From NCBI GenBank assembly GCA_964397315.1, contig CAYNHV010000014.1, forward strand, positions 1 to 34,395: a stretch of DNA of 34,395 bases, read 5' to 3'. Shown one piece after another: positions 26,456 through 34,395 of this stretch. This DNA is from an uncultured Methanosarcinales archaeon. Lineage in GTDB: Archaea > Nanobdellota > Nanobdellia > Woesearchaeales > UBA12501. Made by a program: the position numbers and the translations under genes. Under the pieces are notes generated by a model. The model saw nothing but the letters and a program-made list of their open reading frames with translations, was not told where the DNA came from and ran no database searches. How positions within the stretch are numbered: position 1 is the first letter of the stretch; each line of letters begins with the position of its first letter.

Positions 26456-27676
26456 ATGGCCAGAATGCGATTGAACAGAAAAGCAAATCTCATGCTCTAT
26501 ACGCTTATAGGGCTTATACTGGTTGGGATAACAGTGTTCGCGATAATAAACGGAGTTGCCAAGGGAATGAACCTTTTCGGAAAGGACCTCACAGCATCCT
26601 CATTCCTGAGCCTGAACAGCAGCATCGCAAGGGTTGCAGGAAAACAGCCAGGAACAGTTGAGTCAGTGCTGATAAGGCTGGATGAGAAAAGCTCTTTAAT
26701 GGCATACCCGAGAGGCTCCCATGAGATTGTAGTTCCAAGGTGGGGTGATGATTACCGTTTCCCAAGGCCTGAGGAATGCCCTGCTGACAAAGCCTGCCTC
26801 TGCGCGTGCAGGAGGGTTGATTACGGGGAGGGAGGATATGCATGCCAGGAGGAGACAAGAGAAGGAAAGCAGAAAAGCAGCCTGATATGCACAAGCTATG
26901 ATAAGATTGACTTTGTGGACTACATGGAAGAGGAGGAGTTCGGAAAGCAGGACTGGAACTCTTACGAGCTCAATGGAGGCTTCATAATGGGAAGGTTCAG
27001 GATTATGGGGCTTGAAAGCAGAACCTTCAATGTGCCTGACAGGTCTGTCCTGAGAGTGCACAAGATATCAGACAGCCCCACAAGGCTCATAGGGCTTACA
27101 TTCAGGCAGGAACTTCCCCAGGAGGCTACTGACAGGGCTGTAAATGCTGACAGGGCCCAGGCAGTATTCAGCCTTGCAGAGAGAAATCTCAGGGAGGGTG
27201 ATTATGAATCAGCAATGAGATACCTTAACAACATAATAGATGATCCCACTCTTACGACCGCGCTTGAGACAGCAGACCCTCACACCCACAACATGGCATA
27301 CTATTACAGGGCAATAATCCTTGAGAGGCAGGAAAAGCATGAGGAGGCAAAACAGGAGTTTGAGGAGATAAAGGGGAAGTTCGCGGGCAGCCCTGATGAG
27401 AGGAACAGGATGGAATCCCAGGCTGAAATGCACATCTGCAACCTCCTGCAAAACACAGAAGGAGAGCTGACAAACTTCTATGCTGTTTCTGAGGATAATT
27501 ATGAATGCCTGAAGTGCAGCAAGATACGCAACTGCCGTGATTACAGGACTCTTGACATAGTGACAACCCAGGGAGAGCCGCTGTACAAGATAAAATGCGA
27601 GGATGACTTCTGCAATATCGGCTGTGAGTGGGATAGTGGTGCAAATGAATGCACCATGAGAGAGATAATCGCATAA
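26456..27676 (+). CDS. Pilin-like protein with a TPR-like helical region and Cys-rich tail
   Basis: NRKA-NLMLYTLIGLILVGITVFAII; AERNLREGDYESAMRYL...AYYYRAIILERQEKHEEAKQEFEEI. Confidence 0.85.
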   Translation: MARMRLNRKANLMLYTLIGLILVGITVFAIINGVAKGMNLFGKDLTASSFLSLNSSIARVAGKQPGTVESVLIRLDEKSSLMAYPRGSHEIVVPRWGDDYRFPRPEECPADKACLCACRRVDYGEGGYACQEETREGKQKSSLICTSYDKIDFVDYMEEEEFGKQDWNSYELNGGFIMGRFRIMGLESRTFNVPDRSVLRVHKISDSPTRLIGLTFRQELPQEATDRAVNADRAQAVFSLAERNLREGDYESAMRYLNNIIDDPTLTTALETADPHTHNMAYYYRAIILERQEKHEEAKQEFEEIKGKFAGSPDERNRMESQAEMHICNLLQNTEGELTNFYAVSEDNYECLKCSKIRNCRDYRTLDIVTTQGEPLYKIKCEDDFCNIGCEWDSGANECTMREIIA

Positions 27677-27738
27677 TGCGAACACACACTGCAGGGCATG
27701 AATGCTCTCAAGTCTCAAAATGCGCTGAAAAGCCACCA

Positions 27739-27752
27739 CAAACCTTATAAAT
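27739..27752 (+). promoter_or_regulatory. BRE/TATA promoter, likely leaderless transcript
   Basis: CAAACCTTATAAAT about 23 nt before ATG27775. Confidence 0.6.
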
Positions 27753-27774
27753 CAAACCCTCATGAAATACCATC

Positions 27775-28791
27775 ATGGGAGCTGCTCTCAAAAAAAGAGG
27801 CAAAAAGGGCACAATCACTATCTACCAGGCATTCCAGCTTCTCTTTGCAGGGATAATAATAATCCTCCTTCTTAACTTCGCCCACAGGGCAGGAACAGGA
27901 GTCCAGTTTGAGAGGGTTTATGTCGCTCATGACATGGCCCTCAACCTCAACGCCCTCTACGCTGTTCCTGGAGATGTCGTGCTTGACCATGACCAGGGCA
28001 TGGCAAGCCCTTACTTCAGCAAGTTCACAGAGCGCATAAACAAGGGCATTGTTGAGGTTTACGGCACAGAGAACACAACATCCAGAACAACATACCTTTA
28101 TGCCCAGTCAAAATCATCTGTAATAGACAAGGAATTCACAAACCCCTCCTACCTCTCATTCATGAGGCAGAACGGAAAGGTTATTGTCAGCGAGACAAAA
28201 ACAGCAACAGCAGGGTCTGCATGCCCCATCATTGACACAAAAGGGGATGTAATGGAGAAGAGGATCATTATTGAGCCTGGCCAGCACGCAGGAAACCCTG
28301 GAAAGAATAGCCAGAACAGGGAGGAATACAAGCTGACAGACAGGATAGCAAGAACCATAAAGCTGCTTTGTGAAGGAAGGGGCTATGAGTGCATAATCCT
28401 GCAGCAGGGCCCCCTGGAGGACAAGATAGCAGAGCTGAGGGACTCATCAGCAGACGTACTGGTGAGCATTCAAATAGGAGATTCAGAAGAGCATGACAAC
28501 CCCCTCCTGGTAAAACACCCTCTTGGCAGGGAGAAGAGCAAGAAACTGGCTTGCATAATATCCAACAATGCTGGAGAAAGCTTTGACAAGATTACAACAG
28601 AGGATGTGGACACGAGCAAGCTGGAGGAGGATAATGAGAGGATTCTTCTCCCATCCACAGAAGAGGGAGGGTTTCCTGCTGTAATGCTGGAGATAGGCAA
28701 TATCAGGAATGCTGATTCCCTAAGCCCCAACAGCATATCAAAAGCTGCATCACTGGTATTGCAGAGCATTGAGGATTATTACAGGGAATAA
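27775..28791 (+). CDS. Pilin-like protein fused to a degenerate N-acetylmuramoyl-L-alanine amidase (Amidase_3-like) domain
   Basis: GKKG-TITIYQAFQLLFAGIIIILLL; RIIIEPGQHAG...EEYKLTDRIARTIK...ADVLVSIQ...PAVMLEIGNIRN follows the Amidase_3 motif order. Confidence 0.8.
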   Translation: MGAALKKRGKKGTITIYQAFQLLFAGIIIILLLNFAHRAGTGVQFERVYVAHDMALNLNALYAVPGDVVLDHDQGMASPYFSKFTERINKGIVEVYGTENTTSRTTYLYAQSKSSVIDKEFTNPSYLSFMRQNGKVIVSETKTATAGSACPIIDTKGDVMEKRIIIEPGQHAGNPGKNSQNREEYKLTDRIARTIKLLCEGRGYECIILQQGPLEDKIAELRDSSADVLVSIQIGDSEEHDNPLLVKHPLGREKSKKLACIISNNAGESFDKITTEDVDTSKLEEDNERILLPSTEEGGFPAVMLEIGNIRNADSLSPNSISKAASLVLQSIEDYYRE

Positions 28792-28808
28792 TAAAAGAAC
28801 ATAACGGA

Positions 28809-29324
28809 ATGGCACGCATGAGAATACCAAGGATATTCAGGTCAAGGAAAGGCCAGGAAGAGGCAGCTATAATCCCCAGCAAGCTGGTCCTGTACATGGT
28901 CCTGGCAGTCATAATCCCGCTCATGGCCCTTGCGCTTGTGCTGATCACCACCCATTACAGGGCCCAGGTTAACTCATACCTTGATGATGTGGAGGACACG
29001 GTTCTTGAGGCAAGATTCCTCAGCTCTCCAGACTGCTTCGCCCGTGTGGACAGCGTAACAGGAAGAGTCTACCCAGGGGTTATTGACCAGAGCAAGTTCA
29101 CCCAGAAAAGGATGGACTACTGCTATGATGTTCCAAAAGATTTTGAGAGGGCATGCTTCAGCATAGACCTAAGGGATATGGAGAAGGAGAAAGTGATAGG
29201 GAGTGTGTCCTCAGAGAACTGGGAACAGTGCAGCAAGAAAAGCATAGAGAGAGAAGGGCATTATGTTGTGCTTGAGGACGGCACCCCTGCAGTGATGTAC
29301 ATCTCCTCACTGGACATGAAGTAG
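28809..29324 (+). CDS. Pilin-like protein
   Basis: SRKGQ-EEAAIIPSKLVLYMVLAVIIPLMALALVLI; RFLSSPDCFA...YPGVIDQSKFT. Confidence 0.87.
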   Translation: MARMRIPRIFRSRKGQEEAAIIPSKLVLYMVLAVIIPLMALALVLITTHYRAQVNSYLDDVEDTVLEARFLSSPDCFARVDSVTGRVYPGVIDQSKFTQKRMDYCYDVPKDFERACFSIDLRDMEKEKVIGSVSSENWEQCSKKSIEREGHYVVLEDGTPAVMYISSLDMK

Positions 29325-29327
29325 GAT

Positions 29328-29915
29328 TTGATAAAACACAGCAGAGACAAGGCAAAAATGAACTGCAAAAAAAGCTCAGGAAAAAGCAAAAGAGCGGCAA
29401 GGGGCAAGAAAGGCCTCTGGCTTCCGTCCATAGTAAACATCCTGCTGCTGCTCCTTGCAGTTTTTGTCTTTATTATCTTCTGGTGGCTGCTGGTAGGGGA
29501 TGAGATAAAAGCAGGCGCAGCAGCAGAGGACACGAGCTTCACGCTTAAGACTGACAGGGAGCTCCTTTCAATACTGAGGACAGAGAGCAGCATTGAGGGA
29601 ATCACCATTGCAGAGCTCATAGAGCTGGCCTATTATGACAATAATAAAGGCGAAGAGTACGCAAAAATCCTGGAGAGGGATGTCAGCGCAACACTTGATG
29701 AGGCCTATGGAGAGGGAAATTACGGCTTTCACGCAAGAAGGATGGAATACGGGCTGGGAAGGGAGAAGGAGCTTGAGGTTGGAAGCATGAGAAGCGAGGA
29801 GAACAAGTTCATCACCATCGGAGGCATGGGGGCTGCAGAGCACGTGGCTCACGCCTTCCTTCCAGGCAGGGACGGCACCATGTTCAGGGTAAGGCTGATG
29901 GTGCGCAAGGAATAG
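29328..29915 (+). CDS. Pilin-like protein
   Basis: GKKG-LWLPSIVNILLLLLAVFVFIIFWWLL; start TTG29328 or ATG29358. Confidence 0.85.
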   Translation: MIKHSRDKAKMNCKKSSGKSKRAARGKKGLWLPSIVNILLLLLAVFVFIIFWWLLVGDEIKAGAAAEDTSFTLKTDRELLSILRTESSIEGITIAELIELAYYDNNKGEEYAKILERDVSATLDEAYGEGNYGFHARRMEYGLGREKELEVGSMRSEENKFITIGGMGAAEHVAHAFLPGRDGTMFRVRLMVRKE

Positions 29916-29940
29916 AGCAGGGGAAACAGGATAAGGGATA

Positions 29941-32900
29941 ATGAGAATGCACGAGCAAGAGACTGGAAAAGGCACGGGCTTGGGAAATGCAAGAAAGGCC
30001 CAGATGACAAGCACCTTGATAATAATAGGCCTTTTCCTAGTGTTCATAGTGTTCGCGGGCTACGCGCTGATTGAGAAAAAGGAGGAGGGAAGGCCCGACT
30101 ACATAGGCCAGAACCAGCTTGCTGTGCTGGAGACAGCGATAAAGGCAGAGAAGTCCCTGCTTTATGTTGATGCGGCTGCGAGAATATCCTCAGAAGAGGC
30201 TATGATTGAGCTTGCAGAGGCAGGGGGAGAGCCATTAAAGGAGTGCGGGGAATACTATGGTTATAATTACTGGCAGAGCATGGCAGAAGGGTTTACAGAA
30301 GACTGCCAGGCTGCTGAAAGCCCAGAGGAGTGCGCAGGAGTGCAGGAATGCTATCCAGGGGACATGACCGCGGGAATGGAGGTTCTGATGAACTCCATCA
30401 TGGGTCCTCTCATAAAGGATTTTTCAGAGAATTCAGAAAAAGAGTTCTCAAGAATAGGCATGCCCACCTATGACATAAAAACAGAAAGCCCCGGACAGGC
30501 AGAGCTCATAGGCATGACAGCCCACTACTTCAACATTCCCATAATAGTTGAGACAGGGGAGGAGGTTGAAACACCTGAGGTATCAGGAGCTCAGAAAAAA
30601 GAGGGGCTTGAATGCTTTTACTGCCATGACGGCAAGGCCCATGTCAGGGATCTTTTTGGTGAGGAGAGATACGAGCAGTGCAGGAACAACGGAAAGTCAT
30701 GCTGCAGGGAGCAGTGCCCTCCAGGCTCATTGTTTGTCTCAAATCTTCCTGAATACAAGAACCAGCACAGGGACTTCCGCGACCTCGGCGCCTGCGGTGG
30801 GCCTGGAAAGACAGTGAGCAGCTCTGGCTGCGGGCCTGTCTCAACCCACATGGCGCTTGAGTCAGTGGGGGTAAGCATGACTGTGGAATCCCTGTTCTGC
30901 GAGGGAGGGGAGAACAGGATATACAAGCCTGGAGGCACCTGGTTCAAGCTTCTTAAGGATGTTGTAAGCGAGCATGTTCCCGGCTCAAAGGCTTACTGGA
31001 AGCTTGACTTTGACAAGATAGCGGAAGAGGTAAGGAAGGGAAATCCTGTGGTTCTGGACATAAAACAGAAAGGGGTGTCAAGAACAAACAGCCTGAACGA
31101 GAGATGCTATGAAACACGGGGGCATTATGTTAACATTGTGGGCGCGTCAGATGATTATCTTGTCGTAAATGACCCGGCCACAGGCTCAAGGTCATGCGAC
31201 AGGGACAGGACAGTGGGGGAGAGGCAGGTATGGTCAAGGGAGTTCGTGAATGACATATCTTATTATGGTGTTGCTGTTAAGAGCGGTGCAGCAGCCCAGC
31301 CTCTGGAGTCAGCCAACATAAATTTTGTAAAGAGCAGCTTTAAAGGCAGGGAGATGTACAAGATAGAGGTGGATCCCTCTTATTTTGATGTTGAAGTTGC
31401 CACTGCAGAAAGGGCGGCAGGTAAAAAGATGTCAGAAACAAGGGAAATCATGAAGGGTGCGGGTGCTGTAGCAGCAATAAACGCGGGATTCTTTGAATCT
31501 GGGGGGGATCATTCCTCCTTCATAATTGAGAACAGCAATGTTGTCTCTGAAAACACTAAGGAATGGATGAATGCTTTTTTTGTTGTGAAAGAGAAGGATG
31601 GTGAGAGGGATTACAGCATAGTGATGGAGGAGAACTTCAACCCTGAAGGAGCTGTTTTTGCTATAGAATCACCCTGTTTTGTCAAAAATCATGAGTATTG
31701 CTTCCCTTGCGACCGGCTTTCAAACAAGAATTATTGCAATGGAAAGAGCAAAAGGTCAGTGCTTGGAATAAAAGATGATGGGACAATTGACCTTATTATT
31801 GTAGAAGGCGCGACAATCCCTGAGCTGGGAGATTACCTGTCAGATAATTATAAAGACGCGATTGGCTTGGATGGAGGGGGCTCTGTGTCGCTGGATTACC
31901 ATTATGGAGGATCAGAACAATCAATAGGGTGGGAGCACAGGCCTGCCTGCGAAAGCAGAGGGATAGAAGGGGAGTGCCAGAGAAGGGTAACAAGCGCGAT
32001 AGTTGTAAAGCCAGGGGGAGAGATAGCTGCTCCGCAAAATACCGCAGAGATAGAGCTTTCAGCCTCAGAAAAGAAAAAAGTGGAGAGAGTAAACCAGTAT
32101 GATAATCTCATAAACAAGTACAGCACAAAGAGAGGAGTAAAGCCCGCTGTCGTCAAGGCCATGATCGCATGGGAGTCAGGAGGCGATCCAGACGCAATCT
32201 CATACACCGGCTGCGTTGGCCTGGGCCAGTTCTGTTATGGCACTGCAGCAGGAGGCACTTATGATGACATATTTGAGAAAGTCACTTCCTGTAACTGCGG
32301 TCCTGGCAAGAGACCGTGCTCTGAATACCATGAGTGCACTCCTGAAAATGATGACAGGTTCAACCCTGAGAAGAACATAGAGGCAACAGCAAAATACCTC
32401 TCCAGGTCATACAAGGCTTATGACGGCAACATATACCTGATTGCAATATCCTACAACGCCGGGCCGGGTGTTGCAAACATAATCAAGGAAAACCTGGACG
32501 GCCAGCCCGGCAATTACGAGAACATAAGGGTCCTGCTTGACGAGGCAGTTCTGGAATATCATAAGGAGAAAAAGATCAAGGAAGTTGACAATCACATGAA
32601 AAAGGTGGCAAGGTACTATGAAGTGTTCGGCGGGGATGCTGAAACGCCTCTTGTCACATCTCACGGAAAGACTTATGTTGTCAGGACAATAGGGGAGTAC
32701 GCTGTTAACCCCTCATTCTCTATTGACCTCCCCCACAACCTGGAAGATTATGAGGTGATTGAGAGCCAGGTGAGGGGTTATGGAGACAGCAAGGGTATCC
32801 TTGGCCTTGCGGCAGAATGTGAAAATGAAGGCAAAGGTTCAGAGGATTGCGTGGCCGAGGCAGTGTCAAAAGTGAATGAAAGGAATGAGATGAAAGACAA

Positions 32901-34299
32901 TAAGCTTAAGATGTTCAACGGCCCCTGCAGTCCAAAAGAGAACCTCTGGAGCGACTTTGTAGAGGACTTCGGAGACTGCATGGAGGTCATGGACGAAAGA
33001 GAGGGAGATTGCTACTGCAGCATAAGCCTTAACCAGTCAGAGCAGTCTGATTCAGAGGGGGGGATTATAATAACAGCTGAAAACAAGGAGGGCATAAGGG
33101 TTTATTCAGAGGAAAACGAGGCTCTCAGCCACACTTTTGCCAGGGAGATAGAGGACAGCACAGAGCTTGAGGCAGAAGGGAGAAACTCCATGTTTTATGT
33201 CATAAATAAGGGAGGCAAGCTTCTGCTGAGAGAGGAGGCTCCAGAGGGCATGGCAGAATGCGGCATGGAAAAGAGGAATTTCAAGTTCTGCGTGAGGTCA
33301 GACAAGAGTCTTCTGCATTATGATGAAAAGAGGGGGGAAACACTAAAAAAGAACATGGAGTACAAGTTCGCTCTTGAGCTCACAGATTCAGTGCCGCCGG
33401 CCCCTGTAAAAGGAGCTGAAGTTCTTGACGCGCCCCTTGGAGAGGAATCCTTTCTCCTGAAGTGGGACAGGAACAAGGAGCAGGACGTGAGCAGGTACAG
33501 GATCTACCTGGCAGAATCAGAACATGATGTGTTCAGGATGGATCTGGGTATGGACGCGATAAAGAAGAGGGTTGAGCTGAAAACCACAGAGGTCATCCTG
33601 GCAGAAGAGGAGGTGGTTGAGCTGGAGCATGATATCTTAACAGACCATTATGGGCTTGCTGATGGAGAGGTGTGCATGAGAACAGCGGCAGGCCGGGAAT
33701 CACCAGGCAGAAACGCCTGCGAATCCGGAAACAACCTGTGCTGCATGAAGGACAAAAGCCAGGGAGTTGTAATAGAAAGCGGAAAGCTGTATCATGTCAA
33801 GACAGATGAGAAGGACTATTACATGTATGTGCTTGAGAACAAGTCCTACACACCAGATTACTCCTCAATGATAAAGGAAGGTGTTCCTTATGACATTGCA
33901 ATAACTGCTGTTGATTATTACGGAAACGAGATAGACAACAAAGGGGAAGGCAGGAAGCTTCCTGTCGTGAGAGAGAAGAAGTCAAAAGACGACCTTCCTC
34001 CAGCAGGTGTTGAGCTCATGGCGCTTGAGCGAGGAGAGGAGGACACCATCTCATTAATAATGCCTGACAGGAATGCTGACGGCTCAGAGCTCGTGGATCT
34101 TGAGGGCCTTAATGTGTATTACAGCCAGGAGGATTTCAGCAGCACACAGGGAATGAGCCCCTTTGCCTCAGGAATAATGCCCTCCTGCTCTGACAGCATA
34201 TGCCTGGTCACGGTCAGCAGCCAGGGGCCGGGTTTCTATGTGGTGTCTGCTGTTGACGAAGCCGGAAATGAGCGTGAGATCATAAACACAATAGCATAA
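29941..34299 (+). CDS. Giant pilin-like multi-hydrolase: class III signal peptide, C39-like peptidase, NAGPA phosphodiester glycosidase, SLT lytic transglycosylase, FN3-like C-terminal domains
   Basis: ARKAQ-MTSTLIIIGLFLVF; SSGCGPVS/GHYV/VNDP; INAGFF/RSVLGI/LDGGGS; AMIAWESGG/GCVGLGQ/SYNAGPG; AVDYYGNE and AVDEAGNE. Confidence 0.88.
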   Translation: MRMHEQETGKGTGLGNARKAQMTSTLIIIGLFLVFIVFAGYALIEKKEEGRPDYIGQNQLAVLETAIKAEKSLLYVDAAARISSEEAMIELAEAGGEPLKECGEYYGYNYWQSMAEGFTEDCQAAESPEECAGVQECYPGDMTAGMEVLMNSIMGPLIKDFSENSEKEFSRIGMPTYDIKTESPGQAELIGMTAHYFNIPIIVETGEEVETPEVSGAQKKEGLECFYCHDGKAHVRDLFGEERYEQCRNNGKSCCREQCPPGSLFVSNLPEYKNQHRDFRDLGACGGPGKTVSSSGCGPVSTHMALESVGVSMTVESLFCEGGENRIYKPGGTWFKLLKDVVSEHVPGSKAYWKLDFDKIAEEVRKGNPVVLDIKQKGVSRTNSLNERCYETRGHYVNIVGASDDYLVVNDPATGSRSCDRDRTVGERQVWSREFVNDISYYGVAVKSGAAAQPLESANINFVKSSFKGREMYKIEVDPSYFDVEVATAERAAGKKMSETREIMKGAGAVAAINAGFFESGGDHSSFIIENSNVVSENTKEWMNAFFVVKEKDGERDYSIVMEENFNPEGAVFAIESPCFVKNHEYCFPCDRLSNKNYCNGKSKRSVLGIKDDGTIDLIIVEGATIPELGDYLSDNYKDAIGLDGGGSVSLDYHYGGSEQSIGWEHRPACESRGIEGECQRRVTSAIVVKPGGEIAAPQNTAEIELSASEKKKVERVNQYDNLINKYSTKRGVKPAVVKAMIAWESGGDPDAISYTGCVGLGQFCYGTAAGGTYDDIFEKVTSCNCGPGKRPCSEYHECTPENDDRFNPEKNIEATAKYLSRSYKAYDGNIYLIAISYNAGPGVANIIKENLDGQPGNYENIRVLLDEAVLEYHKEKKIKEVDNHMKKVARYYEVFGGDAETPLVTSHGKTYVVRTIGEYAVNPSFSIDLPHNLEDYEVIESQVRGYGDSKGILGLAAECENEGKGSEDCVAEAVSKVNERNEMKDNKLKMFNGPCSPKENLWSDFVEDFGDCMEVMDEREGDCYCSISLNQSEQSDSEGGIIITAENKEGIRVYSEENEALSHTFAREIEDSTELEAEGRNSMFYVINKGGKLLLREEAPEGMAECGMEKRNFKFCVRSDKSLLHYDEKRGETLKKNMEYKFALELTDSVPPAPVKGAEVLDAPLGEESFLLKWDRNKEQDVSRYRIYLAESEHDVFRMDLGMDAIKKRVELKTTEVILAEEEVVELEHDILTDHYGLADGEVCMRTAAGRESPGRNACESGNNLCCMKDKSQGVVIESGKLYHVKTDEKDYYMYVLENKSYTPDYSSMIKEGVPYDIAITAVDYYGNEIDNKGEGRKLPVVREKKSKDDLPPAGVELMALERGEEDTISLIMPDRNADGSELVDLEGLNVYYSQEDFSSTQGMSPFASGIMPSCSDSICLVTVSSQGPGFYVVSAVDEAGNEREIINTIA

Positions 34300-34348
34300 G
34301 AGCACAACAGAACAGGGGGAGCGCATCAGGATATAGGCATTAAACAAC

Positions 34349-34365
34349 AAAAAACTATATAAATA
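34349..34365 (+). promoter_or_regulatory. BRE/TATA promoter for a gene beyond the window
   Basis: AAAAAACTATATAAATA-like element near the window end. Confidence 0.45.
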
Positions 34366-34395
34366 AAGGCATAACCTGCTCTTCAGGGTGTTGAT

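Noticed and set aside
19591..29915. Archaellum (arl/fla) operon
   Set aside because: No archaellin GIGTLIVFIAMVLVAAV-type N-terminus and no ArlH/I/J-like genes.

Overview
Archaeal genomic DNA, most likely DPANN/Nanoarchaeota (Woesearchaeota-like); the taxon is inferred from BRE-TATA promoters, apparently leaderless starts and KKAQ/KKG-type prepilin N-termini. All ~22 supportable genes are on the + strand and all encode exported or membrane proteins. About 18 begin with a class III (type IV prepilin-like) signal peptide. The other four are giant Cys/Asp-rich modular surface proteins with RCC1/BLIP-II-like and Methanosarcina-type beta-propellers, MopE-like and Myxococcus Cys-rich repeats, PKD, DUF1554 and Ig/FN3 domains. 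The most striking observation is that pilin-like subunits at the 3' end carry bacterial cell-wall enzyme folds: a degenerate Amidase_3 domain (27775-28791), and a 1452-aa pilin with a C39-like peptidase, a NAGPA phosphodiester glycosidase and an SLT lytic transglycosylase in tandem (29941-34299). This suggests an archaeal pilus-like attachment or penetration apparatus aimed at peptidoglycan-bearing cells (inference). No assembly ATPase, platform protein or prepilin peptidase is in the window. A ~200-bp element with internal 34-bp repeats precedes both pilin gene blocks. All domain calls come from motif recognition by eye; no searches were run.
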